34,757 nt of DNA from Nitrospirota bacterium (lineage in GTDB: Bacteria > Nitrospirota > Thermodesulfovibrionia > Thermodesulfovibrionales > Dissulfurispiraceae). Below are positions 27,592-34,757 of this stretch, one piece after another (position 1 is the first letter of the stretch; each line of letters begins with the position of its first letter). Location of the stretch: contig JBFLWF010000025.1 in assembly GCA_040758355.1 (NCBI GenBank), positions 1 through 34,757 of the forward strand, read 5' to 3'. The notes under the pieces were generated by a model, which searched no databases, was not told the origin of the DNA, and saw only the letters and a program-made list of their open reading frames with translations. Position numbers and translations under genes: made by a program.

Positions 27592-28404
27592 CTACCCCAA
27601 TCCTACATCAAGAACCATCATAACGAGAAATCCCGCAATTGCGCCCATTGTTGCAATATCGGTATTTCCTCCCCTCTGCGACTCTGGAATCAATTCTTCC
27701 ACAACAACGAATATCATCGCACCTGCTGCAAAACTCAATGCATAAGGCAAAATCGGCCTCGAAAGCATAACCGCTGCAGCGCCTACTACACCTGCAACAG
27801 GCTCAACCATACCCGAAAGCTGTCCATACCAAAAACTCTTCAGCCGCGACATCCCCTCTCGTCTGAGCGGCATTGATACAGCAATGCCCTCAGGAAAGTT
27901 CTGAAGCCCTATGCCGATTGCAAGGGCCACTGCTCCTGCAAGTGTGGCTGATGGAAGACCTGCTGCAACAGCGCCGAATGCGACACCCACTGCAAGCCCT
28001 TCGGGTATATTATGCAATGTTACAGCGAGGATTAATAGTGTTGTCCGTCTCCACGATGTCTTGATTCCTTCGGCTTCCTGCATGGGAAAACCTAAATGAA
28101 GATGCGGGAGTATCTTATCGATAATCCTCAGAAATACTGCTCCCATCAAAAACCCTGCGGCAGGAGGAAACCATTTTGGGATACCCATGCCTTCAGACAT
28201 CTCGATGGCAGGCGCAAGCAAAGACCAGTAGCTTGCAGCAATCATAACACCGCCGGCAAAGCCGAGCATTCCGTCAAGCAGTTTCCTGTTAATGCCCTTT
28301 GCCATAAAAACAACGGCTGCGCCCATTGCAGTTACAAGCCATGTAAAACATGTGGCAATGATTGCCTGCGCTATCGGACTCATGTCTTTTAGAAGTTCCA
28401 TCAT
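27592..28404 (-). CDS. zupT: ZIP-family metal transporter (GufA/ZupT type)
   Basis: [30 protein letters not shown]; start placed at the ATG 7 nt after TATAAT (alternative 28410). Confidence 0.92.
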   Translation of the reverse strand: MMELLKDMSPIAQAIIATCFTWLVTAMGAAVVFMAKGINRKLLDGMLGFAGGVMIAASYWSLLAPAIEMSEGMGIPKWFPPAAGFLMGAVFLRIIDKILPHLHLGFPMQEAEGIKTSWRRTTLLILAVTLHNIPEGLAVGVAFGAVAAGLPSATLAGAVALAIGIGLQNFPEGIAVSMPLRREGMSRLKSFWYGQLSGMVEPVAGVVGAAAVMLSRPILPYALSFAAGAMIFVVVEELIPESQRGGNTDIATMGAIAGFLVMMVLDVGLG

Positions 28405-28655
28405 ATCCATAATTATACATAAAAAAGTTACTCGTTATTTGTTACTCGAATAACTAATTTGAGATCCGTAAATCATAAATGCAAACAGTCTTCTATATTT
28501 ATAAAAATATCTTGTAAATAGTTTTCTTTATGATAGACTTTAATTAAGACTGTTTTCATCTTAAAAAGAGGTGGTGCCTCATAATCTTTGCAGCTTAGAT
28601 CTAAAAACTAACTCTATGGGCAGAAATATTTCTGCCCGATTCAGGGAGGATAAAA

Positions 28656-29132
28656 ATGAAAAAGATTATTATACCTTCAATTATGGCGATGTTTTTGCTC
28701 TTTACAGTAATGGCTTCCCTTGCTGAAATGGGAAAGGGAATATCCCTTCCAAAAGGCTGGAGAAGTTTTACACATGTTAAATCAATGGTAATTCCTGACA
28801 AAAGTCACGGCCTCTACGGGTTTCATCACATCTATGTGAACAACACAGGCATCGAGACTTTGAAAAAAGGTGGTAAGTATCCACAGGGAACCATATTCGT
28901 CGGCGTCTTTTATGATGTGGTTACAGCAAAGGACGGCTCGATAAATCAGGGCAAGAAGCTATTCTATGTATGCATGAAAAAAGACTTAAGAGAAAAAGAT
29001 ACAGGTAGCTGGAAATATGCAGCCTTTAGCCCTGATGGGAAGTATATCGAGAAGGATGTAAAAAAGGAGTGCTATGAATGCCACACAGCAGCAAAAGACT
29101 CTGATTACATATTCTCAAAGTTTATTGAGTAA
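28656..29132 (+). CDS. Cytochrome P460 / c'-beta family protein
   Basis: Signal peptide, LPKGWRSF.HV, HHIYVN, YPQGT, MKK..WKYAAF, C-terminal CYECH..DYIFS. Confidence 0.85.
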   Translation: MKKIIIPSIMAMFLLFTVMASLAEMGKGISLPKGWRSFTHVKSMVIPDKSHGLYGFHHIYVNNTGIETLKKGGKYPQGTIFVGVFYDVVTAKDGSINQGKKLFYVCMKKDLREKDTGSWKYAAFSPDGKYIEKDVKKECYECHTAAKDSDYIFSKFIE

Positions 29133-29147
29133 AAGAGGAGGTTTAAA

Positions 29148-29690
29148 ATGAAAAGGTTATTCGTATCTCTTTTAACATCATGTTTTGTATTTTCCATGCC
29201 CCTCACAGTTGTTTATGCCATTCATGAGATCATCCCCTCTGAGACGCAAGTGCCTGAGCCAGGACCTGATGCTGAAAAGCTCAATGAGTATATTGTAAAG
29301 TACAATCCTTACAGGGCATGGGATCTCTGGCCTAAAAAAGGAAAACTTTACAAGGGGACAGAACCTCATGGGGCGTTACTTACAACATTCGTTAATGACA
29401 CAGCTTTACACTCAATAAGAAAGAAGAAGGGAATGGCAGGCAATCCTGATATTGATTTCCTCGCAATGATGATACCACATCATGAAGGCGCAATAGAGAT
29501 GGCAAGGCTTGTTCTTATTTATGGCACTGACCCGCTCGTAAGAAAACTTGCAGAGGACATAATAGCTACACAAAGGGTAGAGATAGAGACAATGAAACAG
29601 AGATTAATAATACTTCGTAAAAAACCCGAACCTGATCCCGGTGACTTTCCTGCTATAGAAGGCACAAGAGGAACAGGAAATAAAAATTAG
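29148..29690 (+). CDS. Secreted protein: P460-like N-terminal half joined to a DUF305/CopM-like helix pair
   Basis: YRAWDLWP..LYKGTEPHG..FVN then GNPDIDFLAMMIPHHEGAIEMA..LAEDII.TQ.EI; no CxxCH. Confidence 0.7.
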   Translation: MKRLFVSLLTSCFVFSMPLTVVYAIHEIIPSETQVPEPGPDAEKLNEYIVKYNPYRAWDLWPKKGKLYKGTEPHGALLTTFVNDTALHSIRKKKGMAGNPDIDFLAMMIPHHEGAIEMARLVLIYGTDPLVRKLAEDIIATQRVEIETMKQRLIILRKKPEPDPGDFPAIEGTRGTGNKN

Positions 29691-29790
29691 GAGGCATTAA
29701 AAAATTCTGCTCGTGAAAAATTAGAAGATGCTCTATAAATTGATGTTTAAAAATTTTGTGCTAAAATTAGAACGGAAAGGAGGTGAGAAA

Positions 29791-30189
29791 ATGAAGACTT
29801 TAAAGATAGTATTGCTGTCGCTTATAATCCTCGGACTGACCTTCTCCTTCGCCTATGCAAAAATGCACCTTCCCGAGGAGCGCGGGAAAACCCTTTTCAA
29901 TGACACGAAATTTGGAGGAGGCACAGCAGGAAAATCATGCAACTCATGCCATCCTGACGGCAAAGGATTGGAAAAGTCTGCCGACAAGAAAGAGTTCGGC
30001 ATCATGGGCAAAAAACAGAAGGGCCTCGAGGAGGCAGTAAATTTCTGCATCGAAATGGCTCTTAAGGGAAAGGCTATCGATCCGAAGTCGGAGCAGATGA
30101 AGGATGTAGTCGCCTATATTAAGTCGTTAAAAGGCATGAAGATGGACAAAGAAACGCCTAAGAAGAAAAAGGCTATCGAAGGCTGCTAA
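29791..30189 (+). CDS. Monoheme c-type cytochrome
   Basis: AGGAGGTG RBS, signal peptide ending AYA, ERGKTLF, SCNSCH. Confidence 0.85.
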   Translation: MKTLKIVLLSLIILGLTFSFAYAKMHLPEERGKTLFNDTKFGGGTAGKSCNSCHPDGKGLEKSADKKEFGIMGKKQKGLEEAVNFCIEMALKGKAIDPKSEQMKDVVAYIKSLKGMKMDKETPKKKKAIEGC

Positions 30190-30194
30190 AGCTA

Positions 30195-30235
30195 AATTAA
30201 AATGGGAAAGGCAGTATGCCTTTCCCATTTTAATT
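30195..30235. terminator. Perfect 19-bp stem-loop
   Basis: AATTAAAATGGGAAAGGCA-GTA-TGCCTTTCCCATTTTAATT. Confidence 0.8.
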
Positions 30236-30250
30236 ATCAGGGAGGCATTA

Positions 30251-31000
30251 GTGTCGATTCTCCTATTAAAATCCATCCTCTCCATTGTTATGGTCATCCT
30301 CGCAGTTATTGCCATGTTTACCATGTTCGAGGTATTCGGAAGAGATGGAAAAAGGTATAACATCGAAAAACTGAAAAAGATACATAAAGCGAACGGAATA
30401 ATCTATATTGCCTTATACATTTTTATAGCCTACTTTTGCCTGAATTATATCTTGCAAGCAAAGGCTGAACTTTCACCGCGGGCTGCATTTCACTTTGTAT
30501 TCGCACTCACGGTCATAGTCTTGTTCGGCCTGAAAATCTCCTTTATAAGGATTTACCGACAGTTCTACGGGCATGTTAAGACAATAGGACTTTTGATTGC
30601 ACTCTTGACTTTTGGCATGACGGGCACGTCAGGAGGATATCACCTTCTTGCAACCAAATTCGGCACCGAGCCTTTTAACTTAAAAGGAATAGAGACAAAA
30701 CATGAAAATCCCACAGTTGCCAAAATTATTGCCAAAACAGATGAAGAAAGCATAAGAAAAGGGAAGGAGTTATACGAATCGAAATGCTATTTCTGCCATG
30801 ATGCTTATAGCATGGAATGGGGCGTGGGACCCGGGCATAAAGGCATTTTAAAAAATCCTATACTCCCTGCAAGCAAAAAACCAGCAACACCTGAGAATAT
30901 TGCAAATCAGATACGAAATCCTTATAAAGATATGCCCTCGTTCTCATATCTGCCGGATGAAGATGTGCTGAATATAATTGCGTTTTTAAATACTCTCTAG
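30251..31000 (+). CDS. Membrane protein (about 4 TM, two intramembrane His) fused to a class I cytochrome c
   Basis: GTG start after GGAGG; IHK.NG and AFH helices; GKELY..CYFCH..GP..MPSF. Confidence 0.8.
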   Translation: MSILLLKSILSIVMVILAVIAMFTMFEVFGRDGKRYNIEKLKKIHKANGIIYIALYIFIAYFCLNYILQAKAELSPRAAFHFVFALTVIVLFGLKISFIRIYRQFYGHVKTIGLLIALLTFGMTGTSGGYHLLATKFGTEPFNLKGIETKHENPTVAKIIAKTDEESIRKGKELYESKCYFCHDAYSMEWGVGPGHKGILKNPILPASKKPATPENIANQIRNPYKDMPSFSYLPDEDVLNIIAFLNTL

Positions 31001-31707
31001 ATTTTCCTTGCGAGTTCTTTCTTCAACTTTTCATCCATCTTCGCGCCATCAAATTTTGCCCTTGTCGTATCAGGCGATTTAAGGCGTACTCCCCTTAAAT
31101 CTGCATTGGTGAGGTCAGCGGCTCGGAGATTGATATCCAGCATTGTTGCATCTCTGAGGTCAGCACCTGAAAGATTCGCTGCATTGAAATCAACCTTATC
31201 GAGATTGGAGCCTTGAAGGTTAGCTCCAGAAAAATCAGTCCCTATCATGTTTGCACCGAATATATGCGCATTGGAAAGATCCGCGCCTGCAAATTGTGAT
31301 AGAATGGCATCTGTCTGTTGCAGGTTCGCTCCTTGAAGCATTGCCCTCTCGAAATTGGCAGATGACAAATGGGAGACCTTAAAATTTACCTCAGACAGAT
31401 TCGCCTCTGAAAAATCGACTCCGACAAATGTGGAAAAACTCATATCCGATTTTGAGAGATTTGCCCTTTTCATGTTTGCACCCGCAAAGTTGGAACTGCT
31501 TGAATCGCAGCCAGACATGTCTGCATCCTCAAAATCAGACATGCTGAAGTTTGACTTGTTCAGTTTCGCCCCTGCGAGTTTGCAACCCCTGAAGCTTACT
31601 GCGCTAAGGTCAAGTCCGCTCAGATCCATTCCCGAAAGGTCAAATCCAGAAATATCGCCGGTGCTTGCCGATAGTTCAATCACCCTGTTCCTCGAAAGCT
31701 TTTCCAT
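30997..31707 (-). CDS. Pentapeptide-repeat protein
   Basis: Continuous A(D/N)Lxx / xxFxx repeats. Confidence 0.93.
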   Translation of the reverse strand: MEKLSRNRVIELSASTGDISGFDLSGMDLSGLDLSAVSFRGCKLAGAKLNKSNFSMSDFEDADMSGCDSSSSNFAGANMKRANLSKSDMSFSTFVGVDFSEANLSEVNFKVSHLSSANFERAMLQGANLQQTDAILSQFAGADLSNAHIFGANMIGTDFSGANLQGSNLDKVDFNAANLSGADLRDATMLDINLRAADLTNADLRGVRLKSPDTTRAKFDGAKMDEKLKKELARKI

Positions 31708-31760
31708 TTTCACCCCGACTCAATATCTTTTTTCAGTATATTTTGCTATATTTTATATAG

Positions 31761-31971
31761 CTAATATGAGCGATATTACATGTTAGGCACGGCTCGAGGA
31801 CTTTAAAAAGTGCTATTTCAAGTGTATTATAGAAGATTATAAGTGCATTATCCAACAAGTATTCAATGTAGTAGATGACAGGTACAAGATAAATGTTAAT
31901 ACAAGTGCGGAGTTTAAAGTCTTTTCGCCGCACCTAACATGCATTTTAAGTGTAAGAATCGCTCAATTTAG
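31761..31971. repeat. ~210-bp imperfect palindromic element
   Basis: TGAGCGAT/ATCGCTCA, CATGTTAGG/CCTAACATG, CGGC/GCCG, GACTTTAAA/TTTAAAGTC nested around an AT-rich core. Confidence 0.75.
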
Positions 31972-32000
31972 GATAATATTATTTCTAATGGAGGTAGACC

Positions 32001-32537
32001 ATGAAAGTTCAGTTGCAGATTACGGCCCACAATATTGAGCTAAACGATTTTATCAAAGAAGACATCCGCGAGAAGGCAGAGAAGCTTGATACTTATTACG
32101 ACCAGATTATGAGATGCAGGGTTGTGGTGGATGTCCCCCACCGCCATAAGCATGAAGGGATTCTGTATGATGTGCATATTTACATGACTGTTTCGGGTGG
32201 AGAGATTGTAATAAAACGCGAACAGAACGAAGATCTCGCAATAGCAATAAGGGATGCCTTTGATGCTGCACGCCGCAAGCTTGAGGACTATGCACGCAGG
32301 CAGCGAGGGGATATAAAACATCACGAAGAGATTTTGCATGCCCGTGTAAGTGCATTATTTTCAGACAAAGGCTATGGTTTTATAACCACGCCTGACGGCA
32401 GGGAGATCTATTTTCACGAAAATAGTGTATTGAATAAAGAATTTAAAAACCTGAAGGTCGGAACAGAGGTGCGCTTTGTGGAGGAACTTGGGGAAAAGGG
32501 GCCACAGGCCAGCACTGTAACGGTTATAGAAAGGTAA
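32001..32537 (+). CDS. HPF/RaiA-family ribosome-associated domain fused to a cold-shock domain
   Basis: LQITAHNIE..IREKAEKL..CRVVV..AIRDAFDAARRKL then GYGFI..EIYFH..GPQAS. Confidence 0.9.
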   Translation: MKVQLQITAHNIELNDFIKEDIREKAEKLDTYYDQIMRCRVVVDVPHRHKHEGILYDVHIYMTVSGGEIVIKREQNEDLAIAIRDAFDAARRKLEDYARRQRGDIKHHEEILHARVSALFSDKGYGFITTPDGREIYFHENSVLNKEFKNLKVGTEVRFVEELGEKGPQASTVTVIER

Positions 32538-32541
32538 ACAG

Positions 32542-33435
32542 CTAAGGATTCAATAGCCGTTTTTTGATATCGATGGCTGCAACAGCCCCCTCTCCTGCTG
32601 CAATAACAACCTGATCATTGCCCTGATTGAGGGGGCCTACAATATACAGGCCGCTTAAAGATGATTCATAGTTCTGGTCTACTATATATTTAAAGCCATT
32701 ATTGTCCCTTTTTAAATCCAGCATGGAAAGAAATGCATCGTTCAGCTTATAACCAAAGTGGGACATTACTACCTCGCACTCAATCCTTTGCCCGTCTTTT
32801 AGTTCAAGGGCCTCCATCTTTTCATCACCGATAATCCTCTCAGGACGGCCTATTATCAATGGTATATTTTGTTCCCTTAGTTCCTCTTTATATTCATCTG
32901 GCACTTTATCCATATAAAAAACAAGGGTTATATCCTTTGTAAACATCTCCTTCATGGCAAAGGCAAGATGCACTGTCTTGAGAGAATTGCCGATGATAAT
33001 CAGTTTCTTGTTTGTGGTTTTGTATCCATCGCAGTCTATGCATGTGAAAAGGCTGACTCCTAAAAATTTATGCAGGTTTTCAATGTCAGGCAGTTTATCG
33101 TAGACGCCGGATGAGACAATCACAAATTTTGAGAGATATTTCTTTTCTCCGGCATATACTTCGAAAAACTCATTCTTCAAAACCTTTGTGACAGTGGCAT
33201 TTTCGACTTTTACATTAAAATTCTTTGCCTGCTCGATGCCTATTTCTATAATCTCTTTACCGGAAATAGCCTTCTGCGTGAGGAAATTCTCTATATGGCG
33301 CGCATGTCTTGTCCTTCCACCGCCTCTGTCTAAAAGGATGACATCCCTGTTGTATCTTCCGAGATAAATAGCAGCCTGCAATCCTCCAGGGCCTGCGCCT
33401 ATGATTATGCAGTCATATATTTTTTCTTCAGGCAT
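32542..33435 (-). CDS. Thioredoxin-reductase-like NAD(P)/FAD oxidoreductase
   Basis: IIGAGPGGL.AA.YLGR, CIDCDGY, QVVIAAGEGAVAA; start MPEEK chosen by RBS. Confidence 0.85.
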   Translation of the reverse strand: MPEEKIYDCIIIGAGPGGLQAAIYLGRYNRDVILLDRGGGRTRHARHIENFLTQKAISGKEIIEIGIEQAKNFNVKVENATVTKVLKNEFFEVYAGEKKYLSKFVIVSSGVYDKLPDIENLHKFLGVSLFTCIDCDGYKTTNKKLIIIGNSLKTVHLAFAMKEMFTKDITLVFYMDKVPDEYKEELREQNIPLIIGRPERIIGDEKMEALELKDGQRIECEVVMSHFGYKLNDAFLSMLDLKRDNNGFKYIVDQNYESSLSGLYIVGPLNQGNDQVVIAAGEGAVAAIDIKKRLLNP

Positions 33436-33531
33436 TGGTAAAATTACCCTCATCTTTTCATTATGATTATTAATCATAAGTCGTTTCCCAAAATACACCT
33501 GCCAATTATTTTGTAAACGGCAATTATAGTC

Positions 33532-33559
33532 TTGACATTATACATCAATATGCTAATCT
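33532..33559 (+). promoter_or_regulatory. Sigma70 promoter for the ferritin-like/nitroreductase pair
   Basis: TTGACA-16 bp-TAATCT with TGn extension. Confidence 0.5.
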
Positions 33560-33705
33560 TGTTTTATAGGACAGAATTAGTTTAGTTTTACAAAAATGAA
33601 AAAGTATTACAAAAGTATATGACTTCAATAGAAAGCTGCCTTAAATAGGCCAGCAGTTGTTACCAACACCTGCGAGTATATTACATCTTTAAAAGGAGGT
33701 TTTGT

Positions 33706-33990
33706 ATGTTATCAAAAATTCCAATCAATCTCGAAAAGGTCAAGAAAGAGGATATCAACAAGGAGATACTCAGGGCTGCAATCATAGCCGAACTTGACGC
33801 CATCAATCTCTATGAGCAGATGGCTGCAATGGCTACAAATAACAATATAAAAAAGATACTCCTCGATGTGGCAAAAGAGGAAAAGACCCATGTCGGAGAG
33901 TTTCAGGCCCTGCTTTTGAGAGAGGATAAGGAACAGGAAAAAGAATTGGAAGAAGGCAGAAAAGAGGTAAAGGAGATAACAGGGAAATAA
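33706..33990 (+). CDS. Short ferritin-like protein (rubrerythrin/EncFtn-like half bundle)
   Basis: AIIAELDAINLYEQ and VAKEEKTHVGEF di-iron motifs. Confidence 0.88.
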   Translation: MLSKIPINLEKVKKEDINKEILRAAIIAELDAINLYEQMAAMATNNNIKKILLDVAKEEKTHVGEFQALLLREDKEQEKELEEGRKEVKEITGK

Positions 33991-34004
33991 TGCAGGAGGT
34001 AATT

Positions 34005-34646
34005 ATGGATGCGATTCAGGCAATCAAAGAAAGGCGCTCCATAAATTTCTTTGAGACAGGCAAAGACATTCCAAACGATAAGTTAAAAGAAATGCTCGAG
34101 ATTGCAAACCTTTCGCCATCATCTTTTAACCTTCAACCATGGAAAGTGGTGGTGGTGAAAGAACCTGAGAAAAAGAAGATATTGAAGCAGTGTGCATTTA
34201 ATCAGCCAAAGGTTGAGGAGGCATCTGTAGTTTTAATCCTTGTTGCCGACCCGAATGCAATGGAAGAAAACATAGACAGGATGCTCGATAGCTGGCAGGA
34301 GCTTGGATATATGAAACCGGATATGAGAGAGACATATAAAGGCATGGCAAACAACCTTTACGGCCCGGCAGACAGTTTAAAAAGAAAGATATTCGCAGTA
34401 AAAAACACATCCCTGTTTGCAATGAATCTCATGATTGCTGCAAAGGGGCTCGGACTCGAAACTCATCCAATGGATGGGTTTGATGAGGAGTGCGTGAAAA
34501 AGGAATTCAACATACCTGCTGACAAGATAATACCAATGCTCATAGCTGTCGGCTATTTGAGGTCAGGAATAACACTGCTTCCAAGGGCTTTCAGAAGGGA
34601 TATCAACGAATTCGCAAAGTACGATTCCTATAAGGCTGTTCAATAA
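34005..34646 (+). CDS. Nitroreductase family protein
   Basis: IKERRSI, SPSSFNLQPW, LMIAAKGLGLETHPMDGFD, IAVGY. Confidence 0.93.
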   Translation: MDAIQAIKERRSINFFETGKDIPNDKLKEMLEIANLSPSSFNLQPWKVVVVKEPEKKKILKQCAFNQPKVEEASVVLILVADPNAMEENIDRMLDSWQELGYMKPDMRETYKGMANNLYGPADSLKRKIFAVKNTSLFAMNLMIAAKGLGLETHPMDGFDEECVKKEFNIPADKIIPMLIAVGYLRSGITLLPRAFRRDINEFAKYDSYKAVQ

Positions 34647-34757
34647 CAGCGAATAGTTTTTGACAAGGAGTTAACAAACTGGGCAAATCAGACAACAAGG
34701 CAATGCAAACCGCAACTACAGCACATAATAACCTCAAACAACGCGGCTTCAAGTCCG

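Noticed and set aside
34644..34757. attC-like starts (AACAAGGCAATGCA, AACAACGCGGCTTC) at the window end
   Set aside because: Truncated by the window edge; pairing cannot be tested

Overview
Chromosomal window from an anaerobic bacterium. Gene content and style suggest Thermodesulfovibrionia/Nitrospirota, which is an inference. The left half (minus strand) holds the Wood-Ljungdahl CODH/ACS cluster (gph-cooC / acsE-acsD-acsC / acsB-cooS). It runs without a break into four Fe-S/flavoprotein genes: HydC/NuoE-like, HydB/NuoF-like with electron-bifurcation signatures, a stand-alone copy of the HydB C-terminal half, and a NuoG/FdhA-like protein with no catalytic metal ligand. Together these look like a CODH-coupled, possibly NADP(H)-specific bifurcating module. 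A 90-bp octamer-periodic hairpin occurs twice, each time fused to an RBS in this operon. The right half holds mtnP-apt, a MITE-like inverted repeat, a polA broken by a +1 frame shift next to a heptamer-repeat insertion, a histone-H1-like/Rho-N/DUF4912 protein, csp-rhlE with terminator-like hairpins, tRNA-Leu(TAG) with a small island remnant, korAB, a ZIP transporter, a c-type cytochrome cluster including an apparent P460/DUF305 chimera, and redox-stress genes. All calls were made by eye from motifs; no searches were run.
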